NCBI RefSeq assembly: GCF_000142905.1
Contig: NW_013657661.1
Location: 453,692-517,691 of the forward strand
DNA length: 64,000 nt
Reading direction: 5' to 3'
Source: Thecamonas trahens ATCC 50062
Taxonomy: Eukaryota; Protista; Apusomonadida
This document shows, piece after piece, positions 47,669 to 59,800 of the stretch (the first letter of the stretch is position 1; every line of letters starts with the position of its first letter). The position numbers were made by a program, and so were the translations under genes. The notes beneath the pieces are model-generated. The model did no database searches. It worked only from the letters and a program-made list of their open reading frames with translations, and was not told the origin of the DNA.

Positions 47669-48751
47669 TCACACCGGCGGGCCGTCGGCCGCCACCAGCG
47701 GCTTGGCCTGCCAGAGCGCCCGGAGCTCGCCAGCGACGAGGCCGCGGAGCGAGATGGCGGCCAGCGTGGCAGGTACCAGGTAAAGCAGCGCCGGTTGCGG
47801 GTGGCGCATCATTCGCGAGGCCACGAGCGCGAGCCAGAGGCCGGCGTAGTACGCCGCGAGCGCACAGCCAAAGTAAGTCCGCAGTGAGAGCGAAGGCCGG
47901 ACCCGCTTGCCCAGCTTGCGGTCCATCCGCAGGCCAAAGGCCAGGAGCACGCCCGGGAGAGCCAAATCGCCAAGGCCTAGCATCGCGTACCCGCGGCCAT
48001 CACTGTACGGCACAACCAACTTGTTGATCATCGGCAGCTTGCGTGGAATGTAGGCCAGGAGGCGGCCCGGCAGCGAGAGCGAGGTCGCCACCGTCCGTGC
48101 CGGATTGACCGCCTCGGACGTCGCCACCTTGACCATGACGTTGTCGCCAAAGACCGGCGCCGAATAAAAGACCCAGGCGACGTCAAAGACCACCAGTCCA
48201 AGCAGGAGCGCGTAGCCGATCTTGAGGTTGGGGAGGCGCATGAGGGTGACCACGAGAACGACCATGCCGGCGGCGAGTGCGTTGTTCAGCACCCATCCGC
48301 CGTACCCCAGCCAGCCAGCAGCCAGCGCCAGTCCGAGCGCCACGTATCCGCGCGGCAGCGGCCACGGCGGAATGGGCAGCGGCGAGGCGAGGGCCATCAG
48401 CGGCGCCCAACCAGCGGCAACAATGGCGGCGTGGAGGAAGAGGATGAGGCCGGCGACCGCGTAGCCGATGGCGACCAGCGCCACAAAGACCCCGATGTAG
48501 GCAAAGAGAAAGTACATGGCTAGGAGCATGGCCGATAGCATCAGCGGAAAGACAAGCGCAGACGTGCCGTCCACCGCGCCTGTCGTCAGCATCTCCATCA
48601 TGGCCCGCGAGCTCTCTGCGGCCGCGTCGGCCCGAGTCGCGCTCACAGCCGCGTATCCCACGCACGCCGTGGCAAAGGCAATCATTCCATGGACCGTCAC
48701 GTCTGAGGCAACCTCGACTACAGCCTCGACCGCAACCTTACTCATCTCCAT
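47669..48751 (-). CDS. Signal peptide peptidase-like GxGD aspartyl protease
   Basis: LVVFDVAWVF (FD in place of YD), FGDNVMVKVA, LGLGDLALPG and QPALLYLVP. Start uncertain, possibly 48973. Confidence 0.88.
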   Translation of the reverse strand: MEMSKVAVEAVVEVASDVTVHGMIAFATACVGYAAVSATRADAAAESSRAMMEMLTTGAVDGTSALVFPLMLSAMLLAMYFLFAYIGVFVALVAIGYAVAGLILFLHAAIVAAGWAPLMALASPLPIPPWPLPRGYVALGLALAAGWLGYGGWVLNNALAAGMVVLVVTLMRLPNLKIGYALLLGLVVFDVAWVFYSAPVFGDNVMVKVATSEAVNPARTVATSLSLPGRLLAYIPRKLPMINKLVVPYSDGRGYAMLGLGDLALPGVLLAFGLRMDRKLGKRVRPSLSLRTYFGCALAAYYAGLWLALVASRMMRHPQPALLYLVPATLAAISLRGLVAGELRALWQAKPLVAADGPPV

Positions 48752-49232
48752 GTCGAGGTCGAGAGCAGTGGCCGAGTTCGTCCGCACGACTGCCCGCCTG
48801 CCCGCCTCCCCACCTGCCCGCCTCCCCACCTGCCTACAGGCACCCCTCTCACTGTTTTCATCGCAGCCACCGCGGCCATTGTAAGCTGCGGCACTGGCTG
48901 CTCGCAGGAGTGCACATACTATCCCTGATCCCGCACCGCCTACCAACAGCAACAGCCAAACGCCGTTCTCCATTCGATCTCGCCCATAGCTCCTCAGCCG
49001 AGTCGCCGGTCAAGTCGCCCACCGAGTCACCCACCGAGTCGCCATGTCCGGGGTTACCCCCCCTCCCCCCCCTCCTCCCCCCCCTCCCCCCCTTACACCC
49101 CGCTACCATAGTCATACTCTCCACGGTCAAGCACACGTCACCGAGTCGACGTACACCCATCTCTAGGCCCCCCCCCTCATTCCCTTCCATCCAGTTGTTG
49201 TGTCGGGCGAGGCTTGGGCGAGGCTTCCAATC

Positions 49233-50348
49233 ATGGCTTCGCTCGACGACATGAACGCCATTGCTGGCAACGCATATCGAGCAGGCAACCTGGAGGAGGC
49301 CATCCGCCTCTACACACATGCCATTGTACGTAGACGATGCCGTGTACGGGTGATGATGGGTCATGTCCATGGATCGGCTTGAGTGGTTCATGCGCAGCGC
49401 TGACAGGTTGACTGCGTGGCACAGACCTGTACCCGACGGCGCTGCAATTGGAAGGCCTCTCCTCGGCATGGAACAGAAACTGACTCACAGCAAGTGGCGA
49501 CAGGAGGCTTACCCGGAGGAAATCAAGCTCTACACCAATCGTGCACTGTGTAACCTCAAGACAGGGCGGATGGGCAAGTGCGTTGACGATTGCGAGACGG
49601 CGATCTCGCTCGCGCCGGACGCGCCGACGCTCAAGAGCGTGTATTTGAAGGGCAAGGCCATTGCACTGGGCGGATGGAGCGTGCGTGACGGACCATCGAG
49701 CGTGAGCCGCGAGTCAATAGACTCGGGTCTGGCAGTGGACATATCCAAGGCCGACGCGCTGCCGCTGCTGCGGCATGCGATGAAGATGGCGTTCAGCCTG
49801 TCGTCCGGTGCCTCCCAGTGGGTCAGCCAGATCTCCGAGCTTGGGATATCACTGCGGATCGAGCTCTGGCGCGAGCAAGAAGAGGCGCGCCGTGCGGAGG
49901 CCCAGCCACTGACTGGACATGCACGGAGACTGTTCCAGGCCGACATGCGCGAGCAAGTCAGCAACGTTGAGAGTCTGCGCAACGCCGGCGCGCTCGACGA
50001 CGCCGAGGCCGAGGCCCAGGTCGCCGAAATCCGCCGCGTGTACAGCAACAAGATGAGCGACATTGCGGTGGCGCTTACCGGCGGTGAGCTCACCATGCAG
50101 CCAGTTGACATTCCTGAAGCGCTCTGCTGCCCCATCTCGTTCGAGCTCATGGTCGACCCGGTCGTGCTTCCGTCAGGCGTCACCTATGCGCGCGCCTCGA
50201 TCGACGAGCTTCTCGCCCTGGGCGGGAGCCAGGACCCGATGACCCGCGAGCCTATTTCGGCGGCGTCGATCACACCCAACTTGCGGTCCGTCACCTTGTC
50301 GACTGGTTTGTCGATACCTTCCCGTGGGCGAGCGAGCTCGGCGGCTGA
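49233..50348 (+). CDS. STUB1: TPR + U-box E3 ubiquitin ligase (CHIP); intron 49326-49503, apparent 1-nt deletion at 50280-82
   Basis: TPR (GNAYRAG..EEAI..YT.AI; LYTNRALCNLK) and U-box IPEALCCPISFELMVDPV..PSGVTY.R..I....DPMTREP....PN[L]AVRHLVDWF....PW. Confidence 0.88.
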
Positions 50349-50363
50349 GACCTCCCGGAGCGT

Positions 50364-52939
50364 TTACGTGTGCGGGTGGTAGACACCGTTGTGGCACTCG
50401 GGCGGCTCAGGCGTGGCCATGATGATGGCGATGTCGCCGGCGCGCATGACGCCGTTGAGATAAACGGCGCCAACGTGCTCGCCGTCGGCCGGGCGTGGCG
50501 TTGGCAGACCCTTTCCGCCCCACTTGACACACGAGTACGAGTCGTGCTGGAAGGTCCGGTCCTTGATAGCTGGCCAGACTCGTGCGCCTAGAAAGTGCAT
50601 GTCGCCAATGTAGTTGTTCGTGTCCGATCCCTTCATCAGCTCGACAATGTTGGGCAGCAACTCGCGCCCGCCCCACAGACCGCCTGAGATGGCAAAGCCC
50701 GAGTGTGACGGGTGGTCGCGGATGATGTGGAACATCTTGTCCGACGCCAGCCACTCGTCGACCGCGGCCTTGTCACGCGCCGTCAGCCGCGAGTCAGCGT
50801 CGCGCACAATGTAAATGTCGACCTCCTCGTCGGCAGCAACCAGGAACCGCCAGAACATACCAGAAATGCCACCTTTGATGCCCGAGGTCTCGGTCACAAT
50901 CTCGGCTCCAAGCTCACGGAGCTGGTCGAGCACCTTGCTCGGCACCGTGTCGTCGACGTAGAACCGCGTGACCCAGCCCGGCCAGTTGGCCGCACACAGC
51001 CGCGCGTTTTCCAGCGCGCCGTCCATGTACCGCGGGTTGGCTCCGTATAACCCGAATGAAGCCACCTTGTACAGCCCGTCACCACCTTCGGGCTTGTAGT
51101 TCATCACATCCTTGGCAGGCGCCGGCGTCGGCGCCGGCGTCGGCGCCGGCGTCGGTGCCGTCGTCGGTGCCGGTGTCGGCTTGGACGTCGACGCCGGAAC
51201 AGCCCCTCCACTGCAGTCCGGACCAGCAGCCTCCAGTTCAGCGCTCCGTTCGTGGCCTGGCTTGCCGTCAGCATCAAACCGCTGGCCCACATACTCGCCA
51301 GCCTTCCGGGGCTCCGGATACGGCCGCGCCTCGGACGAGCTTGATGCCATGAGAGCATCCAGGACCGAGGAGCACCCGGCGAACGTCACCGTTTCGGCGC
51401 GGAGCGGGAGTAGCCGCCGGGACACGTCGAGGAGAAAGGCTGGAAGCGCCGCGCCGGCCGACGCTGCCCGGTGCAGCGCTGCACCGATGCCCATCGGAGG
51501 CAGGCCGCGCCGTGCCACCACGCCGTCGCCCAGCATACCGCTCACCAGCGGGTGATCGAGTTGAATCATGAGTGCCGAGCCCGGCTGGCTGAGCCACTCG
51601 GCCACTGCGCCTGCGTCGCGCGCCGAGAGCCGGCCGAGGACCGGCCGGACAAGAACCACGTCATACCTCGGGTCCGCGGCAGCAAGCCACGGCCAGACTG
51701 CAACCGACACGTTTGCAGCCCGCCGCGCGCGCACAAACCACTTGGGCAACGGCTCGAGAACAGCGCCCTCCTGCGTCAGCTCGGCGGCCAGCTTGTCGGA
51801 AGGCTCCGCCGCCGGATCAAAGAAGAACACCACTGTGTAGCCCGGAAAGTGCTTGGCCGCGAGGGCAACATTTGCCCGCGCGCCCAGGCTCGCTGCAGGT
51901 GCGTCGGCTGGCAGCGCCATAGCGATTATCTTGTCCTGCGCGTCCGGGCCTGGACATTGCGCGTCGCGCCAGGCAGCAAGCTCGGGTGGCCAAATATGGT
52001 CGTCGCCATCGACCACACCCGCGGGCGGGTGCAATCTCGCATTTGCAGGGAATGGGCGAGCCCCAGGAGCTCCCGAGCACGGCGCTGCGTCGTGAACAAG
52101 GACGGTGTCAGAACGGCGCGCAAGCAGCGTCGACATCACCGTCGCCTGGAGCTGCGCCGACTTGGACCGGCCTTCTGCCAGTGCGGCCTTGACCGCCGCC
52201 ACCAACGTACTCGCTTCATCGTCGACCCGCAGGTCGAAGGCTGCTAGCGAGCCGGCCCTTGAGATATCGCGCGGCGAGTCGCGCATGATATGCACTGCGA
52301 ACTCATCTGCGAGCTCGAGCCACTCGGCCGACGCCGCAGCTTCGCGTGAGCCGTGCAAGCCCTCAACCGTCCGGAACAGCAGCCGGGTATCATCTGGCGC
52401 GTGACCGATGGCAGACAGGCCCCACACCGCAGGCGCCTCGGCCAGCTCTGGGTCGACCTCGCGGACCGGGGCACCCACTTCGGTCAGCGCGCGTGCGAGC
52501 GCCACCGGAACGAATCGTGTCTGTATCAGATGGAGAGAAGGAAGTGGTATGGACGCTCGAGTGAGTGGATGCACGCGATGGCACGAGAGGCTGTGGTTGG
52601 GGAAGCTGAGGGTTCATGGCATGCTGGCGGTCCGTACAATGGTGTAGACAACAGTCACGCAGTCTGGGTAGGACTCGTCCAGAGCAGACAGCGACGAGAG
52701 AGCAAGCGAGGCCGGAGTGGCGGTCGGCAGCGTGAAGGCAATGGCACAGAGACTGTCCTTCCGGTTCCCTTGCCATGTTCCTCAAGTAGGCCCTTGCTGA
52801 GAAGGTCATGGACCGAGGCCACCGACTTTGCCGGCGCCGTCGCTGAGAACTCCGTGACCGAGTTGGACGGAAGGAGGCCATAGATGAGCAGCAGCACCAC
52901 CAGTACACCCACCATGGCCTTCAACACCATGTTCATCAT
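50364..52939 (-). CDS. Type II membrane glycosyltransferase-like protein with three tandem related domains; intron 52521-52637, apparent 1-nt deletion near 52757-62
   Basis: Signal anchor VGVLVVLLLIYGLL. Intact C-terminal domain SFGLYG..PRY..GA.ENA.....WPGW..RFY...MFWRF....IVRDADSR...R...AV.EWL......IRDHP.H. Two degenerate copies upstream and a TPAP linker. Confidence 0.72.
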
Positions 52940-53551
52940 CCTGCTCACACACTCACCCGCAGTGGTGACTAGAGTGGTGGCTGTCGGTATAGCCACGTCG
53001 TCTGGCTCGGCCTCACACCGTCCTCGCTGAGCGAAGGATCGTTCCCTGCGCTTGTCTGCCATCGACTGCCACCACGTCACCGGCATCGGCGGTTGCTCAT
53101 CACGGCACTCGCCGAGAGCCCACCACAGCGCTTGGCTGTCGTTATTGATGACCATGCCAGCTGGCGATGATGGTGGTCATGAGCATTGTTCACGAGCAAT
53201 GCTCATGATCAATGCTCACGATCGCCATCGACAACCCCCAGTCCGGCACCATTGCAAGCCCAACGAACACAATGGGCAGTGATCACAGCACGCTGACAAA
53301 TACCGAGCCAAAGAGCAAAGCTTAAGCAAGCCGCCGGCGTCTGCCTCGGCCGAAAGAAGGTATGTCATCGCAAATCCCAACAACTGCGTACGCTTGTTTC
53401 GACTCGGCTCATCGGTGGCCAACTGACGACGTAGCATCATCGGTTTTCGTTGTTGGCAGCTGACCAACTTCCCCTCGTCCCCCCCCCCCCCTCCCCCCTG
53501 CCGGTCACAGCGACCAACCACCACTTCCCCCACCCCTCCCACCGCGCCACC

Positions 53552-56500
53552 ATGGACCACGTGAGCGTCCTATCCAGGGTACGCAGTCAACCCTCCCCCT
53601 CTACCCCCATTCTCCCCCGTCCAGGCACAGTAGCCAGCGCCAGCCATGCGCAGTCGTTGCGGGTGACGCCCTCCCACCCGTCCACTGTCGGTCCACGCCA
53701 CAACTGCCACACCACCACACCACCAGCATGACCAAGTACTGCCCCCCCCCGCATGCAACTCACACAGTCTCTGTCTCTCTTCACTGTCGCCAGGAACTGT
53801 ACCGGGTGGTGGGCGAGGGCGATCTCGAGGCGACCAAGAGCCTGTTGGCCGACGGAGCTGATGCCGAGTGGCGGTGCGAGTGGGACGACGGCAAAAATTG
53901 TCTGCAGCTTGCAGCGCTTGCAGGTGCCTCGCACATTCTGCGGACGCTGCTGGAGACTCAGGCTGTGGACGTTCACGCCCGTGACGGATCTGGGCGGACG
54001 GCGCTTCATCTGGCGGTGGCCGGCGGATCAGCCGAAGCCGCCGAGCTCCTGCTCGATGCCGGCGCCGAGGTGGACGCCAAGGTGTGGGATATGTACGAGA
54101 CGCCGCTGCTGCTGGGCGTGAAGGAGGGCGCGCAAGAGGCGGTGCAGACGCTACTGGAGCGCGGGGCAGACGTCAACTGTGTGGAAAAGACGCTTGGCAT
54201 CTGCAACATGACGCCGCTCCACTGGGCGGCGAAGCTTGGGTTGGATCATTCTGCCACGTTGCTGCTGTATTACGGTGCCAACGTCGAGGCGGCCAACGAT
54301 TACAAGGAGACGCCGCTGCATCTGGCGGCGGCCGAGGGCCAGGTCTCGGCCGCGGGCATTCTTGTCCGCGCCAAGGCTGATGTCAACGTGCGCAACGTCG
54401 ACGGCAAGACCCCGCTGCACCTCGCTGTGGAGAACGGCGAGGTTGAGTCTGCAGAGCTGCTCCTCACTTCGGGCGCCCACGTTGACGCCCGTGACAAGAA
54501 CGGCGAGACGCCGCTCCACGCCGCCGTCCACCACAACCAGCTTCCGGCTGTCCTGCTCCTCCTCGAGCACGGCGCGGCGCTGGATGAGCAGGACTCACGG
54601 GGATGGACCCCGCTCCACACCGCGGCATGGACCGGCAAGCCGCGCAACGTCAAGGTCTTGCTCGACAAGGGCGCCGACGTCAACCAAGTTGACCGTAAGG
54701 GCGCAACCGCCCTGCACTACGCGGCCCAGTATGCCCGAGGCGAGTGCGTGGACATTCTGATTGCCGCCGGCGCCTCGCTCGCCCAGCAAGACGCGGACGG
54801 GCACACACCGATTGACCACGCCTTTGACAAAGGCCATGTTCAGCTCGTTAATCTCCTCACCCAGCGGATGAAAGCCCGCGACATGACCGACGCCTACGTT
54901 GTCGACTTGCTCAAGCAGCGCCAGCGAGTCCGCGACCGCAACGTGGCACTCGCCTCCAAGCTCATTAAGCGGGCAGGCGGGCCTCACGCGAGCGACGGCA
55001 ATGGGCTGCACTCATCCGGGGCGCCAAAGCCACGCCCGCCAGCGGGCGCGCGGCCATCGTCGGCCTCGGCGTTGGCGTCGGGTGCGCGCGGCGCACGCTC
55101 GCTCCGTCGCCCCAAGTCTGCCGCCGATGACAGCGGGCGGCGAGGCCGGCCGCGCGGGCGGCTGGGCTCGACCCGCAGCCGGGTCCCGACCTCGCGCTTT
55201 GAGGCTCCGGAGCTCCCGCCGCTGTCGTCGACCCAGGTCGGCTCGCTCTCGTCGTCGCTCCTCCGTCCGCCGCGCCGCTCGCCGTACTACGCACCCAAGA
55301 CAGCTGCCACGCTCGAGGCGCGCCGGCTCGAAGCCGAGGCCAAGGTTCAGAGCGAGATGCGGCGGTGGAACCGGGCACAGGCTGCAGCGCAAGCATCGGC
55401 GGTGGAAGCACAGGTGCCAGCCTCGCTGCCGGCGACTGGGAGGGCCGGTGACGAGTCGCTGGCTACTCTTGAGGCCGAGGCCGAGATTGAGCGGCTCAAG
55501 CTCGAGCTCGCTGAGACCAAGCGTCGCAAAGTGCTCAAGTACGAGAAGCGGCAGCTAGAGATGTCGCGCGAGCTACGGAGGCTCAAGCGCGAGCTGCAAG
55601 AGCGTGAGGACGCAGCCAAGGCTGTCGGCGTCTCGGTTGCCAACTCGGACACGCTCTCTATGGACTCCTCGTCGTTCTCGCAAATGTCCAAGAAGGAGCT
55701 CCGCGAACGCAACAAGCTGCGACGCAAGCTCTCGCAACTCCGCACGGCGCACGCGTCGGCGCTACAGGAGCGCAACGAGAAGAGCGAAGAGAACAAGAAG
55801 CTTACTAAGCAGATGAAGGACTTGCGTAAGCGACTCCGGGTCCAGCAGGACATCCTTCGCTCGAAGAACGCCGCGCTCAAGGACAAGGAGGGCCAGTTGC
55901 GCTCCAAGCACTCTGAGCTCCAGTCTGCGCGAACCTCGGCGCCGCACGCCGCGGCCTCACACAGTGTTGTCACTGTTGACACGTTCCTCCCGACGTGGCT
56001 CACGGCGCGGCGCTTCCGGATGAAAAACCCGCGACAGGCGTCGTACCGGCCAGAAGAGTCGTACTCGAAGCTCTCCACAATTGTCGGCCTCCGCCGGCGC
56101 AAGCGTATGATGCCAACTCATCTCAACGCCACGGAGCGCCGACAGGAAGAGCTTGCTCACGTTCGCGAGGATATGACCGACATGCTCTACTTTATGGTCC
56201 ACCACGTCGACGACTTTGCTCGTGCCGAGGCCTTCCAGCGCATGCAGGACGAGACGGCGGCCAAGCAGGCCGAGTACGATGAGGCGCTGGTGGCCAAGCA
56301 AGAGCAAGAGGCCCGCATTGAGGAACTCCTTGCCGAGCTCGCTGCCGAGGAGGCCGAACTCGAGGGCCAGCGCCACAAGCTAATCGAGGGCATGACCCAC
56401 GAGTTCCTCGCCTTTGCCGAGGACGCCGACACCAAGGCCGAGCCGCTCACCGATCCGGATCCCAAGCGGTCGAACAAGCTCTCCAAGGGCGCCCTCTACC

Positions 56501-56553
56501 GGCGCAAGAAGCGTCGCAAGCCACAGTCGTCGTCGGTCTGTGCCGTCATGTAG
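53552..56553 (+). CDS. Ankyrin-repeat plus coiled-coil protein with polybasic CaaX tail; intron 53561-53793
   Basis: ATG GAC CAC|GTGAGC...CGCCAG|GAA is in frame. About 10 ankyrin repeats, coiled coils, and the end RRKKRRKPQSSSVCAVM*. Confidence 0.87.
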
Positions 56554-56838
56554 GCTGTGCGCTGATGAGTGATAAAGATACACGAGTCTGACGGCCGTTC
56601 GACCGCGCTTGCCCGGCAGAGGCTGTACCGACCGGAGGCCCCGGTGTCCGTCGACCCGCGACACCTCACCCCACCGAGGCCCAGCAGCACCACCGCTCTC
56701 ACCGTTGCCGCAGCTGCCAACCCAGCTGCCAAGGCATACATCCACACAACTGCACAGGCGTTGCCACCCACGCTGCTTGGTGAGGTGAAGGGCGCCTGAC
56801 TAGTCCGCAGCAGTTTCGCTAGCCCGCAGGCGTGGGGC

Positions 56839-59800
56839 ATGTCGGGGAACACCTTGCGCAGCCGAAGCAGGGCCCATTCGGACCCGACACAGCGACACAG
56901 CGCGAGTCTACTACAGACGGTAGTGAGCGGAAACGCAGTCGAGATGAAGCCAGCTATGACGCCAGGAGTGGTGAACCAGCCGCTCTTCGCGTCACCGACA
57001 CCGGCGATGGACGCACCTGCCGACGTCGGCGGTGTCGACCAGTCGCCTCCTCCTCCGCCGCCGCCGCCGGTCCGGGTCATGTCCAACACGCCAACGCCCT
57101 CGCCAAACATGTCGGCGCTTGGGCTCGTCTTCTCGGACGAAGACGATATAGCCAAGGTGCAGCAGGACCGGCCGCGGCTGGAGATTCCGGGCAGGGGGAA
57201 GGCACGGCGCGGTCCGGGTTCGCGGTCGACCGGATCGACGCCGCGGCTGAAGAGGGCGGCAACGATGATTGTGATGCGCGAGGAGAACGGTTGTAACCAG
57301 GTTCTGCTTGGCCAGATTGAGGTGGTCAACGCTATCGCGTCGACACCAGGCAACGAGGTCCGAAACCGATTTGCAGGCGAGTTTCGGTTCCTCGGCGGGA
57401 AAGCGTTTCCAGATGAGGCGACGCCAGTTGAGACAGTAACCCGCGAGCTCAAGGCCGTTGGCTTTCCGCATCTCGACGACTTTGCACTCCAGGTTGTGCT
57501 CTTGCACAAGAAGCGGCGGTTTGGTGAGTACGAGATGCACACGTTCTTCGCCGACGTCCGCGACAACCCGCAGGTTCTCGGCGTCAACATCGGAACCATC
57601 AACGAGTACCTCGCCAAGCGGCGGGAGGCACGCCGAAAGCTCATTGAGAGCGGCGAGTTCTTCCGGCTTCCGCGAATGCAAAAGATGGCGCTTGCGCCCA
57701 AGCTGCACCACTTGGAGTGGATTGGTGTCGATGAAGCGCTCGAGTGGACGTCGCCGGAGCGGAGGGCAGTCAACGCGTACCAGGCGCGTGAGTTTGAGCG
57801 ACTGGGTGTGACGGCACGTGAGGTGTCGCGTGGAACAACGGCGACGCTGCTCGAGCTCCGGCACCTCGGCTCGATCAAGGCCATCAAGGACGCATCGCTC
57901 CACGCGCATCTCGAGTCGTTTGCGGTCACGCACTCGCTCGACCCGGCCCCGCTGGTGGCGCAGCTCTACTCGCGCATGCCGGCGTCAGACCGCGCCGGAA
58001 GCTCATCGCGCGAGCTTCTGCGACCGTTAGGCGGCGAGCCCGACGCGGGCTTTAGGCGCGCCAGTGACGGCATGCGACGCAATCGCTCGTACCACGCGTT
58101 GCCCTCGCCCAAGACTGACGAGCTGCCTGTCGATGGCGGCGGTGGCCCTGCGCCCCAACTTCGGCTCCTCTCGTACAACGTCAATGTGCTTCCGCGCGGA
58201 GTGTGGATGTTTGGCACCGGCCAGGGCTTGCATGCATCGGAGCGCTTGGCAGCGATTGCGGCGAGAATCTCCAAGGGCAACTACGACGTCCTCGCACTGC
58301 AGGAGCTCTTCCACACGCCACTTCTGCCTGGTGATTTGCAGGCAAGCTTTGTGGCACAAATGCACGAGGCTGGCTTCCATCATGTGGTGACCTCGCCCAA
58401 GCCGTCGCTGGGGCGAATGCTACTCCGCTCCAAAGTCACCGACTCGGGCCTTATCATCTGCTCCAAGTACCGCATTGTCGAATCCGAGTCGCTCACGTTC
58501 TCGTCGGCGGGCTGGGGCCTCGACATGGGCGCATCCAAAGGCGTACTGTACGCGCTTGTCGAGCTTGGGCCGCGGTCGTGGCTCCACGTCTTCAACTGTC
58601 ACCTGCAGGCAGCGCACAGCGGCATGTCGTCGCGCGAGCTGGCACAGATTCGTCACGCACAACTCGTTGAGTTGCAGCGGTTTGTGGAGCGTAAGACGCG
58701 CGGCACCTCTTTTCCTACGTTCTCACGGGTGATTTCAATGTTGATGCCATCGCCGAGTCGCAGGCGCGGGTCCTGCTCGGTGTTCCGCAGCTGCCGGGCA
58801 CGGCCGAGTCGGACGACTACCGGCGAATGATGGAGACGCTCAACCCGCGCGGCAACGTGGTGGACTTACTCAAAGCTGCCAAGGGCCGGCATGTGACTAC
58901 TCGCCCGCCGCGACTTCGGTTTCCAGCATCAATGCATGCGGCACTGCGGCACAAGTACCCGCAGCGGCTCGACTATGTGTTTTCAAAGAGGGCTCACTCG
59001 GCTCGGTCCGGGCCGATGTGGGCAAAACATCAGTTGTCAAGTTTCAGGACCACGACGAGCGGCAGCCGTTTGAGTTTCTCTCAGACCATTTCGGCATCGA
59101 AACGGCGTTGCTGATCAATCGTGAGCTGACATGGGAGCCGGTGCTGGCGGAAGAGGCGCCACCTATGCCGCCGCGGCTGCTACGGCAGGACTCGCGGCAG
59201 CGCCGCGAGGTCGAGCGAATCGAGCGCCCCTCTCGCTGATCCGGCTCTGCGTGCTCGGTGGAGCCAACCTGATGGCCGGCTTTGCACTTGCGCTGGTGCG
59301 CATGGCGACGAGGCGGACTCCGCTTTACCCGGTGTTTTTGCCGGACTGATACTAGTTGTGGTGGCCATCCGGCTGCTTGCGCGTCAACTGCAGGGTGTGG
59401 TCCGCCGCGACTGGCAGGCAGTGTGGAGAGAGCTGTCTCGCCCGGGTCAGATCGAGTCACAGAAGAGCGGGCGGCTATGTCGGGCAAGCGAGTGCGGCAA
59501 CGTCTACGAGCTGTTTCTCGACTCGGTCCGGCAGCACGGCCACCGACCATGCCTTGGCGAACGAGCTCTGGACGCCAATGGAGGACTCGGGTCGTACGCG
59601 TTTGCAACCTATGACGAAGTCCACGAGCAGGTCCGCGACTTTGGGTCAGGCTTGCTGCAGCTCGGACTCGCGCCGGGCTCGAATGTTGGCATTCTCTGCA
59701 CCCAGCGCGGTGAGGCAATTGTGGCCGAGCTGGCATGCGGCATGTACTCGTTGGTCACTGTCCCACTGTTGTGCCTTGGCGCGGCAGCGGTGCCTTCTCT

